32,000 bases of DNA from Halomicronema hongdechloris C2206 (GTDB lineage Bacteria > Cyanobacteriota > Cyanobacteriia > Phormidesmidales > Phormidesmidaceae): positions 3,660,001 through 3,692,000 of the forward strand of contig NZ_CP021983.2 of NCBI RefSeq assembly GCF_002075285.3, written 5' to 3'. The position numbers were made by a program, and so were the translations under genes. Under the pieces are notes generated by a model, which had not been told where the DNA came from, did no database searches, and saw only the letters and a program-made list of their open reading frames with translations. Below, one piece after another: positions 18,381-27,009 of this stretch. The stretch's first letter is position 1. Every line of letters begins with the position of its first letter.

Positions 18381-20663
18381 GTGGGACTAAACCGACGGGC
18401 CTTTCTACAGCAGGTAGGCTTAGCGCTGTTGGCGTTGGGCGTGAGTGAATCCACGCTCATGGGTTGGGCTGGGCGCTATCAACAGGCGCTAGCCCAGCCG
18501 GCTCGTCGCAAGTTGGCATTGTTGGTGGGCATCAATGAGTATCCGGCTACGGTGCTGGAGGTGTCGGGGACTCAGCCCTTGGGGCTACGGGGCACGTTGA
18601 TGGATGTGGAAATGCAGCGGGAATTGCTGATCCACCGCTTTGGCTTTTCTGCTAGCGATATTGTGCTTTTAACCAATGCCCAAGCGACCCGGACGGGGAT
18701 CATTGATGCCTTCCAGCACCATTTAATCGATCAGGCTCAGCCAGGGGATGCAGTTCTATTTCACTTTAGTGGCTATGGCAGCCAGATTCGCTTAGCCGAC
18801 CAGCCCGATGTCTGTCGGCGCAGTTTGGTGCCAGTGGATGGGCAGCTTCCCACTGAAAAACAGCCACAAATTGCCGATCTGATGGAAGATAGCTTGCATC
18901 AGTTGTTGCGGGCTCTTAATACCAGCCGAGTAACCACTGTGCTTGATGTGGGCTACCGCGAGTTGGGCCAGGTGCGTTGGGGTAATCTGCGGTCGCGATC
19001 GCGTCCCAATGCTCCCACGGGACAGCTAGATGACGCCACTCGTCAGCTCTGGGAGCGCTTGGGTCAGGGAGCTGATCCCTCAAACTCCTTGGGAGTGATA
19101 TTACAGGCCAGTGGGGAGAATCAGATTGCCTTAGAAGGCGAGTGGCCTGACTTCAGTGCGGGGATTTTTACCTACGCGCTGACTCAACAGCTGTGGGAGT
19201 CTCTACCTAGTATCGATCTCAGAGTGGTGATGAGTCGGACTGGAACCACTGTCCAGCGTTGGACTGGCCCGGATCAGCAGCCCCAACTTCAAAGCCAAGC
19301 GTCTAGTTCTATGGCCATGACTCCTTACGGAGTGCCTTTGAAACTAACTCGCCCTGCTGATGGCATCGTTACGGACACTATGCCAGCAGACCACCGGGTG
19401 AAGCTCTGGTTGGGGGGATTACCTCCGGCGGTCTTGGCCTATTTAGGGGATCGCTCGGTGTTCAGTTGGGGAGATACCGATCAAGCCGAGGCAACGCTGG
19501 CAACCACTCTACAGATTCAGTCCCGTCAGGGATTAGTGGCGGTGGGTCAACCAAGAACGGCGGAGATGTCTTTGCCGCAGGTGGGCGAGCGCGTGTATGA
19601 ACGGGTGCGAGTGTTACCGCGACAGTTGGATTTGGTGGTGGCTCTGGATAAAAGTCTGGAGCGTATCGAGCGGGTAGATGCGACCAGTGCCCTTTCTGGG
19701 ATTCCTTTCGTGTCTTCTACGGTGGCCGGGGAACAACCGGCCGACTGTTTGTTTGGTCGCTTGCCTGCTAAGGCTAGGCAACTGTTGGCGTCAGCCCTGC
19801 CCAATTTCCATGAGACTAGTGACGCGATGCTTTCGATGGCTCAGGGGGACAGTGAGGCTGATCCGGCGGGAGGCTATGGATTATTTTCGCCTAATCGGAC
19901 TCTTATGCCTGAGACCCTGGCCGACCATGAGGAGGCGGTAAAAACCGCGGTCAGCCGGATGACGCCCTATCTGCAGACCCTCTTGGCGGCTAAGTTATTG
20001 CGCCTAACCGATAACCAAACGGCGTCGCGGGTGGCGGTGCGGGCGAGTCTAGAGATGGTGGCTCCCCGGGAACGATTGTTGATGCAACAGCAAACGGTGC
20101 GATCGCATCCAGCTTTGCCTGAGAGTCGCTTAGCTCGCTTAATGCGGGATAATGGCTCGGCGGTGGCCCTCTCTGCCGACAGCCGTGTGCGCTATCGCAT
20201 CGATAACTTTGGTCAACAGCCCCTCTATCTCACCCTCATGACCATCGACAGCAGTGGTCGGGCAGCTGTCTTTTCTCCGGGTATTTTTCAGGCTCGCCGA
20301 GGCGAGGAAGGATTAATTATCGATACGGATACGGCCGCGATCCCAGCCGGAGGCAACCTAGTCTTGCCAGATGCTAATGGCAACTGGGGTCTACCCAAAT
20401 CAACAGCCTGGGTCGATACCTATCTATTGCTCAGTGTCCAACCCTTTCGCCGTACCTGGGAACGGCTGTGGACTCTCTTCGAAGGCTCTGGAGACCGCCG
20501 TCAGTTACGATCCCTAGAGGATCCCCTGACCATTGCCCGAGATATTTTGGCCGACCTGAACGCGGCTAGCCAGTCCCAAGAGGAAGAGACTAGTTCCTCC
20601 ACTCCCTATCGTCTGAATATGGACACCTGGGCAACGCTGGCATTTCGATATCAGGTGGTGTAG
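18381..20663 (+). CDS. Caspase-family (peptidase C14, orthocaspase-like) protein with a Tat signal and a DUF4384-like C-terminal domain. The catalytic dyad is apparently substituted.
   Basis: 760 aa with a GTG start. MGLNRRAFLQQVGLALLALG is a twin-arginine signal. The p20-like core reads KLALLVGINEYP...VLFHFSGYGSQ...VTTVLDVGY. The C-terminal part (VRYRIDNFGQQPLYLTLMTIDSSGRAAVFSPG) resembles DUF4384. Confidence 0.8.
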   Translation: MGLNRRAFLQQVGLALLALGVSESTLMGWAGRYQQALAQPARRKLALLVGINEYPATVLEVSGTQPLGLRGTLMDVEMQRELLIHRFGFSASDIVLLTNAQATRTGIIDAFQHHLIDQAQPGDAVLFHFSGYGSQIRLADQPDVCRRSLVPVDGQLPTEKQPQIADLMEDSLHQLLRALNTSRVTTVLDVGYRELGQVRWGNLRSRSRPNAPTGQLDDATRQLWERLGQGADPSNSLGVILQASGENQIALEGEWPDFSAGIFTYALTQQLWESLPSIDLRVVMSRTGTTVQRWTGPDQQPQLQSQASSSMAMTPYGVPLKLTRPADGIVTDTMPADHRVKLWLGGLPPAVLAYLGDRSVFSWGDTDQAEATLATTLQIQSRQGLVAVGQPRTAEMSLPQVGERVYERVRVLPRQLDLVVALDKSLERIERVDATSALSGIPFVSSTVAGEQPADCLFGRLPAKARQLLASALPNFHETSDAMLSMAQGDSEADPAGGYGLFSPNRTLMPETLADHEEAVKTAVSRMTPYLQTLLAAKLLRLTDNQTASRVAVRASLEMVAPRERLLMQQQTVRSHPALPESRLARLMRDNGSAVALSADSRVRYRIDNFGQQPLYLTLMTIDSSGRAAVFSPGIFQARRGEEGLIIDTDTAAIPAGGNLVLPDANGNWGLPKSTAWVDTYLLLSVQPFRRTWERLWTLFEGSGDRRQLRSLEDPLTIARDILADLNAASQSQEEETSSSTPYRLNMDTWATLAFRYQVV

Positions 20664-20752
20664 ACAGGGCCTATACCCAGAGTTGGAGGGTCACGGCCCA
20701 GCCCCCTTGTCGATTCGAAGCGGGCTAGGCTGGACCGGGCGAGATCGGTTGG

Positions 20753-21316
20753 TTAAACCGTGGTGGGACTAACCGCTAAGCCAATTAGCCCCCCCAGACC
20801 CAAGCCCAAGACACTTAAGGCAGCCAAAATTAAACTGGTCTGCAGGCGGCTGAACACCTGCAACAGCCGGTCACCAACTTCAGTGCTGATGACGGCACAG
20901 AGGGCGGCTACCACTAGGGCAACCAGACTCAGCTGCATCACTTGCCAGACTGCCGCTGTTGCTGAGACTTGGTCGAGATCATCGCTACCAGCGTAGTTTA
21001 GGGCGATGGCTAAGGCGGCGACGAAAGCACCACTACCCACCATGGCTAGCAGAGTCAGCAGGTTAGCCGGTAGCCAACGAAACTGAGCGAGGGCTCTCGC
21101 ACCCGCCAATGCCAGGGCTTGGGCTAAAATTCCGGCCAAGGCTAAGGTCCAAATCCAGTAGGGGGCGGGAAATGTCGCTAAGATCAGGCCTGCTACCCCA
21201 TACAGGAGCAAGGTGCCTGCAATCCAGCCCTTCGGCAGCCCTGGGGCGGCTAGTAGATGCCGTAGTCGCTTATTACCTTGAACGCCGCGGGTGGATCGCT
21301 TAGGAGATGGTTTCAT
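20753..21316 (-). CDS. Hypothetical polytopic membrane protein
   Basis: 187 aa with a basic N-terminus followed by about 5 hydrophobic Ala/Leu/Gly-rich segments. I recognised no family motif. Confidence 0.5.
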   Translation of the reverse strand: MKPSPKRSTRGVQGNKRLRHLLAAPGLPKGWIAGTLLLYGVAGLILATFPAPYWIWTLALAGILAQALALAGARALAQFRWLPANLLTLLAMVGSGAFVAALAIALNYAGSDDLDQVSATAAVWQVMQLSLVALVVAALCAVISTEVGDRLLQVFSRLQTSLILAALSVLGLGLGGLIGLAVSPTTV

Positions 21317-21817
21317 GACCGATAGAGGATCATAGTGAACAGCTGCCTGAGTCAGTCAAGCATGTCAGGATTTAAACCTCGTCCAAGTATCCTAGGCTCA
21401 CTCGTTGTTTATCAGGTAAGCCGTCATGGCTAAACTTGGCCGCCTCTAAACATTATCGAGGATGGGGGGTCACCATTGTGATGCTTGATGCAGTTGCCCT
21501 CCATGGGAGCAATTTAGCTGAGGACTCATCGGGCAGGCATGGGGGAACGGCTGTTAGAAGGTGCCAGGCCTCCTTGGCGCAATGTTGATTGGCAGACTGT
21601 GGTTGCCATGGTGCGGCATAGGGTGGCTTGGTAGTGGCTAATCCGTCTTAATTGAAACCGACTCGAGTTTGCCGCAAGATAGGTAGGATTAGCTGGCGAT
21701 GGCTGCCATAATGCTTGAGGCGTTTATGGACTAGATAGCTCTAACACTAGGGTCTGGTCTGTGTTTCCCCAAGCCATCTGGCTGAGACGATGATGATCGC
21801 CACTAGGGCAACTGATT

Positions 21818-23095
21818 ATGCTCACCGTGCCTGTTATCGCATTGCTGCAGGGATTGCTGGGGGCATCCAGTCTATTGATTGGAGCCATCGTCGGCATTAT
21901 CTGGCAACCTGCGCGCACCTTCACGGCTGCTATCATGGCCTTCGGCAGTGGCACGCTGTTATCTGCGATCGCATTTGACATTACCGCTCCAGTCTTCGCC
22001 AGCAGTGGATTTTGGCCGTTGGTTGTGGGCTTTATCCTGGGAGGCACCCTATTCACTGTCATCATTCAATACATCGATGAGCGCGGCGGTTTCATTCGGC
22101 ATCCCTCCTCCTCGCGGCGGTTCCTCTACCATCATCGCCAGGAAGCTGCCTCAGAGGTCCTCGACCGCATTGGTCATATCGAAATGCTGCACAGCCTGAC
22201 GCCCTCCGAGATGCAGGCTATCATTCCTCTGCTCAAGCCATTGTCGGTGGGAGCTGGCACTATCCTTTGTCAGGAAGGAACGGCGGGCGATGCTCTATTT
22301 TTGATCGTCAGTGGCGAAGCTGAGATTCGTAAAGGGAATCAACGGTTGGCCATCTTAGGGGCTGGCGAGATGTTTGGGGAAATGGCGCTACTCACGGGAG
22401 AAGAACGGTCTGCCACGGTGCTGGCCCTGACCCCGATGGAGCTGTATGAACTGGATAAAATCGACTTCGATGGCATGCTGACCCGTTCTCCTCACTTGGC
22501 TAGCGGCCTCAGCCGAATTTTGGCCCGGCGTTTACGGGAGACCACCCAAGCTAAGCTGATCCGGATTGAATCGCCGGATCATTGGCGGCAACGGGTGTTA
22601 GATAGTGTCGAAGTCGATCTACCCATCTCCGAGCATCAGTTTCAGCAGCTAGCTCAGCGGTCGACACCGGTGGCTATTTTAGTCGGCACCCTGATCGATA
22701 ACATTCCGGAGGCCTTGGTGATTGGATTCAATGCCGGGATTGGTCACCTCAATAGCGCCTTTCTAATGGCGGTGTTTATTTCCAATATTCCGGAAGCCCT
22801 ATCCAGCTCCATTGGCATGAAACAGGCGGGAACGACGGCCCGGCGCATCCTGGCCCTGTGGGTTGGGGCGGTGCTGCTCAGCGGCCTTAGCGCCATGGCA
22901 GGTACGGCCTTAATGCACATCACCAGTGACTGGCTGGTGGGAGTGGCCCAGGCCATTGCCGGTGGGGCTATTCTAGCCATGCTCTCCAGCACTATGATGC
23001 CCGAGGCCTATGAAATGGGGGGCGGGTCTGTCACCTTCTCTACCATTGCCGGGTTCTTGGTGGGGTTCTGGGTCACCTCATCGCCTCTGGGCTGA
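21818..23095 (+). CDS. ZIP-family (ZupT-like) metal transporter with a cyclic-nucleotide-binding domain in the central cytoplasmic loop
   Basis: 425 aa. N-terminal TM segments are followed by a cNMP domain at about 22169-22543 (AGDALFLIVSGEAEI...GAGEMFGEMALLTGEERSATVLA). Then come two ZIP-type helices, LIDNIPEALVIGF and FISNIPEALSSSIG, and further TM segments. Confidence 0.75.
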   Translation: MLTVPVIALLQGLLGASSLLIGAIVGIIWQPARTFTAAIMAFGSGTLLSAIAFDITAPVFASSGFWPLVVGFILGGTLFTVIIQYIDERGGFIRHPSSSRRFLYHHRQEAASEVLDRIGHIEMLHSLTPSEMQAIIPLLKPLSVGAGTILCQEGTAGDALFLIVSGEAEIRKGNQRLAILGAGEMFGEMALLTGEERSATVLALTPMELYELDKIDFDGMLTRSPHLASGLSRILARRLRETTQAKLIRIESPDHWRQRVLDSVEVDLPISEHQFQQLAQRSTPVAILVGTLIDNIPEALVIGFNAGIGHLNSAFLMAVFISNIPEALSSSIGMKQAGTTARRILALWVGAVLLSGLSAMAGTALMHITSDWLVGVAQAIAGGAILAMLSSTMMPEAYEMGGGSVTFSTIAGFLVGFWVTSSPLG

Positions 23096-23274
23096 GCCAT
23101 GGTAGGGCCGACACGAGAAGGCATGGGAAGCCCTGGGAAGCAGCAGATAGATGGTGGCTGGGGTCGGTGTCAGCAGGGGCAGCCAAGATGGACTCGACGA
23201 TAGTCTTTGAAATGGACCCACTTTAGGTCATGCTATAGACCGGACGCGATGACACTCAGCCAGGAGGTATCAAT

Positions 23275-23973
23275 ATGGATCCCGTTAAGTTGATGAAGCA
23301 GGAAGTGGGCCAGGCGGCAGCCGCTAAGGTCACTTCTGGGAGCATCGTCGGTCTGGGAACGGGATCGACCACGGCCTTTGCAATTCAGTTTATTGGCGAA
23401 CGGCTAGCATCCGGTCAACTTACCGACATCAAGGGAATACCAACCTCCTTTCAAGCCTCGGTGCTGGCCAAGCAGCATGGCATTCCCTTGACCACCCTAG
23501 ATGAAGTTGACCGGATTGATATCGCCATTGATGGCGCCGATGAGGTCGATCCGCAGCATAATCTGATTAAGGGAGGCGGGGCCGCTCACACCCGCGAGAA
23601 AGTCGTCGACTCCTTGGCTGACCAGTTCATTGTGGTGGTCGATAATTCTAAATTGGTAGACGTGCTGGGCAGTACGTTCCCCCTGCCTGTGGAAGTGTTG
23701 CCCATGGCTGTGGCTCCAGTGACTCGGGCGTTGCAGGCGCTGGGGGGACAGCCGGAGTTGCGCCTGGGAGTGCGTAAGGATGGCCCAGTCATTACTGACC
23801 AGGGCAATATGATCCTGGATGTTAAGTTCAACGCTATTTCGGATCCGGCCGCCCTGGAGAAAACCCTCAACAATATTCCAGGAGTGCTCGAGAATGGTCT
23901 CTTCGTCGGGGTCGCCGACGTGGTCTTGGTCGGAGAAGTTCAGGGTGACAGCGCCACTGTCCGCACCCTCTAG
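23275..23973 (+). CDS. rpiA: Ribose-5-phosphate isomerase A
   Basis: 232 aa with [20 protein letters not shown] and [15 protein letters not shown]. Confidence 0.95.
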   Translation: MDPVKLMKQEVGQAAAAKVTSGSIVGLGTGSTTAFAIQFIGERLASGQLTDIKGIPTSFQASVLAKQHGIPLTTLDEVDRIDIAIDGADEVDPQHNLIKGGGAAHTREKVVDSLADQFIVVVDNSKLVDVLGSTFPLPVEVLPMAVAPVTRALQALGGQPELRLGVRKDGPVITDQGNMILDVKFNAISDPAALEKTLNNIPGVLENGLFVGVADVVLVGEVQGDSATVRTL

Positions 23974-24102
23974 TCTAGAGGGAAATTGGTTGATGGCAGC
24001 CATCGGGGGGAGCGGCGTGGTTTAATACAGGATCGATTGGCCTCTGCAGCGTCATGGCTGTCTGGAGTGGACTGGCGACACTAGTGAGTGTGATATAGAG
24101 TT

Positions 24103-24918
24103 GTGGCACAGCATACCTGGCATTCTTCCCGCCATCGGTCCCCCTGGAATCAGGTGTTGCGTCAACTGGTACAGGCCTTTGGCTGGTTTGGTTTGGATCG
24201 CATAGCCGGGGCGGTGGCCCCAGGAATCCTACTGTGGCTGGTCGCCCTGACCGGGGGGGTGTTGTGGTTGCTGCATTGGCAGTTGGTAGTTGCGATCGCA
24301 ACTGGGCTAGGGGGCGTCTATGGCATGAAATACTGGCCTCAGCTCACGCCTGAGCCGATCCCTCGACTGCAGCAATGGCTAGCCGCGTCCTGTCAGACTG
24401 CCTGGGCCCAGGGACTCGGGCTCATGGTCGGCACCTATGGCTTGTTGGCCCTAGGCACCAGCAGTGGCAGCGTCTGGCTACCGATCATCATCGCGGCCCA
24501 GATAGGTGGAATCCTACTGCTGCGGGACTGGCCATGGCCAAAAGCCAACCGCAGACTGTCCTATCCAGGCGATGGCCTTACCGCTGCGGAGGATATCGAG
24601 CCGCTATTGGAGCGCCTCAGCAACGAGGATCCCATGATCCGCCTAGTGACGGTGCGGCAGGTACTGCGCCAGCTCAGCCATCTACCCCAAGACAGGATTT
24701 ATGTCCCCGGCACCGCTATTACAATTCACTCCCACGTCATTGACTGCCTCCACCTCATGCTGGCTCAGGAAACCGAGCCCCTGGTGCGCACTGCCATTCG
24801 AGATGGGGTGCGTCATTTGTATCCCCTGCCTCGGCTGCAACAGGGTAAACCGCCAGTGCAGCTTCACCGCCAGTCCCTATCGGTGCATCGTCACGCCGTG
24901 GAATACGTCGAGCCCTAA
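24103..24918 (+). CDS. Hypothetical membrane protein with a HEAT-like C-terminal region
   Basis: 271 aa with a GTG start. Several TM segments are followed by LERLSNEDPMIRLVTVRQVLRQL...EPLVRTAIRDGVRHL. It ends 9 nt before thyX on the same strand. Confidence 0.5.
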   Translation: MAQHTWHSSRHRSPWNQVLRQLVQAFGWFGLDRIAGAVAPGILLWLVALTGGVLWLLHWQLVVAIATGLGGVYGMKYWPQLTPEPIPRLQQWLAASCQTAWAQGLGLMVGTYGLLALGTSSGSVWLPIIIAAQIGGILLLRDWPWPKANRRLSYPGDGLTAAEDIEPLLERLSNEDPMIRLVTVRQVLRQLSHLPQDRIYVPGTAITIHSHVIDCLHLMLAQETEPLVRTAIRDGVRHLYPLPRLQQGKPPVQLHRQSLSVHRHAVEYVEP

Positions 24919-24927
24919 TCAGCTGCC

Positions 24928-27009
24928 ATGGATCGCTTCACCGTCGAAGTCATCTCCCAAACCTCCAATCCGCAGCAGGTCATTTATGCGGCCATGCACC
25001 AAGACTACGCCGAAGGCTTCGTGACCCATGAGCGGGAGCAATGGCCCAGCGAAGAGCGCTGCGGTGCGATCATTATTAATCACCTGCTAAAAGGGGGACG
25101 AGGCCATTACGGTCCCCTAGAGCATCCCCAAATTGTGCTCAATATCGGTTGGTTCCCCCACTCCACCATGCAGCAGATACGGACCCATCGGGTGGGCGTC
25201 AGTTTCGATGTTCAGTGTCTGGCTGGAGATACCGAAGTGACCTTTGTTAAGGCCTCCGGGGAGTTGAGAAAGATTCAAATTGCCGAGCTGCATGACCTGT
25301 GGACCAATGGGGAGAAAGCTATTCGTGAACGTAAGATTAGAGGCCGTAACGGTGAGCCTCCGGGACAATATCGTCGCGATTGCAAAAAGCGTCTCAAAGC
25401 CATGCGCCTACGCCTCTTGAATGAAGCAACCAGCCATTTTGAGACTGGTCATATTCGGGACATCATGTGTAGCGGCCTCCAACCGATCTATCGGATGACC
25501 TTTGAGGATGGCAGAACCCTAGACTGCACGACAAATCATCGTTTACTAACCACTGAAGGTTGGCAAACCATGAGGAAGGCGATTGGATTAGAAACTGCTC
25601 CGGATGGCGAAGTTTTAGCAATGACTCGACAGTGTAGAGTCATTTCAAATGGCATCGTTGCGGCAGGTAAAGGAATTTATCGTGATAAGACCTGGCTGGC
25701 TCGACATATTGAACTGGGACTGTCAACTAAAGAAATTGCTAATCTGGCGGAATGCTCAGAGACAGCGGTCAGAGATTGGGCAAAACGACTGGGGCTTGAA
25801 CTCAACCAAAGAGATACCCGATTTCAGGAGGGCCAAAAGCCCTGGAATTACAATCCCAATGCTCTATATAGAGACAAGCAATGGCTGGAAAAGCAGCTGC
25901 AGCAGGGCTTACCCGTTGATCAAATAGCTCAAGCTGCTGATTGCTCGATAGAAGCAATCAAAAAGTGGGTTTATCAATATGGGCTGTCGTTAAACAAGCG
26001 ACCAACGCCTTTTCAAAAAGGAGAGCCCCCCTGGAATAAAGGAAAGCCTGGGTATCAGCTGAATTTATCGCCTGAAAGCCTTAAAAAGCGTAGAGAAAAT
26101 GCTGCTTGTTATACTAAGCGAGGGCCTGAATCAAATTTTTGGAAGGGGGGTACCTCTGACCAGCGAGAACTGATTGGAGCCTGGACGCGGCAAAATGCTC
26201 CCCAAGTCCATGAGAAGTTCAACTATATTTGCCAGAGATGCGGTTGCAGGGGAGGAGAGCTTCAAGCCTATCACCTAGTGCCTGTGTTTGCTGATAAGTC
26301 GCTGGCTTATGAATTTGAAAACCTGGTCAGCCTTTGTAAGAGCTGTCATGAAAACATTCACCACAATCACTTAGAGATTGAATTTGCTGAAAATTTCCAG
26401 CCAATAACTAAACCTACCGATTGGCAGCCCAAACCCAAACCTCTGGGGCGAAAGCTAAGAGCCCATCCACTCAAAGTCATTGGCGTCGAGTATTTGGGGT
26501 TTCAAATGACCTACGATCTGGAGGTCGAAGGTCCCTGGCATAATTTTGTCGCAAATGGTTTAGTCGTTCATAATTCCTTCCGCTATACAGGTAAGCGTAT
26601 CCTCGACGTGGTTGAAGGCAAGCGGGATGTGGAAGATGTGTTCTACCTGCGGCCTGTGGGCAGCTACAGTGACCGCCAGGGTAAAAAGTATGACTACACC
26701 GCTGACCAGCGGCAGCAAGATCTGGAGTGGTGTTTAGAGGCCAGCCGTCGCTACCAGCAGCGGATCGAGGCTGGGTTTGCCGAAGAACATGCCCGCGGCT
26801 TAATTCCTTTTGATATTCGCCAGCACTGGGTGATGTCGGCCAATGTGCGATCGCTAATGCATTTACTGGACCTACGCTGGAAGGGCGATGCCCAACTTGA
26901 GGCCCAGAAACTCTGTGAAGCAATCTGGCCCCATTTTCAGGCCTGGGTACCGGCCATTGCCACCTGGTACGAAGATAGCCGCCTCAAGAAAGCCCGCCTA
27001 GCTCCCTGA
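24928..27009 (+). CDS. thyX: FAD-dependent thymidylate synthase ThyX precursor, interrupted by an intein
   Basis: The N-extein is 96 aa (...GRGHYGPLEHPQIVLNIGWFPHSTMQQIRTHRVGVSFDVQ). The C-extein is 144 aa (SFRYTGKRIL...EHARGLIPFDIRQHWVMSANVRSLMHLLDLRW...). Joined, they give a 240-aa ThyX with an intact RTHR-x8-S-x-RY signature. Confidence 0.92.
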   Translation: MDRFTVEVISQTSNPQQVIYAAMHQDYAEGFVTHEREQWPSEERCGAIIINHLLKGGRGHYGPLEHPQIVLNIGWFPHSTMQQIRTHRVGVSFDVQCLAGDTEVTFVKASGELRKIQIAELHDLWTNGEKAIRERKIRGRNGEPPGQYRRDCKKRLKAMRLRLLNEATSHFETGHIRDIMCSGLQPIYRMTFEDGRTLDCTTNHRLLTTEGWQTMRKAIGLETAPDGEVLAMTRQCRVISNGIVAAGKGIYRDKTWLARHIELGLSTKEIANLAECSETAVRDWAKRLGLELNQRDTRFQEGQKPWNYNPNALYRDKQWLEKQLQQGLPVDQIAQAADCSIEAIKKWVYQYGLSLNKRPTPFQKGEPPWNKGKPGYQLNLSPESLKKRRENAACYTKRGPESNFWKGGTSDQRELIGAWTRQNAPQVHEKFNYICQRCGCRGGELQAYHLVPVFADKSLAYEFENLVSLCKSCHENIHHNHLEIEFAENFQPITKPTDWQPKPKPLGRKLRAHPLKVIGVEYLGFQMTYDLEVEGPWHNFVANGLVVHNSFRYTGKRILDVVEGKRDVEDVFYLRPVGSYSDRQGKKYDYTADQRQQDLEWCLEASRRYQQRIEAGFAEEHARGLIPFDIRQHWVMSANVRSLMHLLDLRWKGDAQLEAQKLCEAIWPHFQAWVPAIATWYEDSRLKKARLAP
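25216..26574 (+). mobile_element. ThyX intein (453 aa) with an HNH-type homing endonuclease
   Basis: Block A is CLAGDTEVTF (Cys1 at 25216-25218). Block B is TLDCTTNH. Blocks F and G are YDLEVEGPWHNFVANGLVVHN, ending at 26574. The +1 Ser codon is at 26575-26577. Confidence 0.9.
26224..26370 (+). other. HNH nuclease module inside the intein
   Basis: YICQRCGCRGGELQAYHLVPVFADKSLAYEFENLVSLCKSCHENIHHN has paired CxxC zinc ligands flanking the His...Asn...His pattern. Confidence 0.8.

Noticed and set aside
21540-21580. GAAGGTGCCAGGCCTCC, which resembles the RNase P RNA GGUGCCAGG segment
   Set aside because: Other universally conserved RNase P elements, such as the GAGGAAAGUCCGGGC region, are absent, and the surrounding length is too short.
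26998-27009. 12-nt convergent overlap of the thyX and lipoprotein gene 3' ends as a regulatory feature
   Set aside because: Short convergent overlaps are common in compact genomes, and there is nothing further to support antisense regulation.
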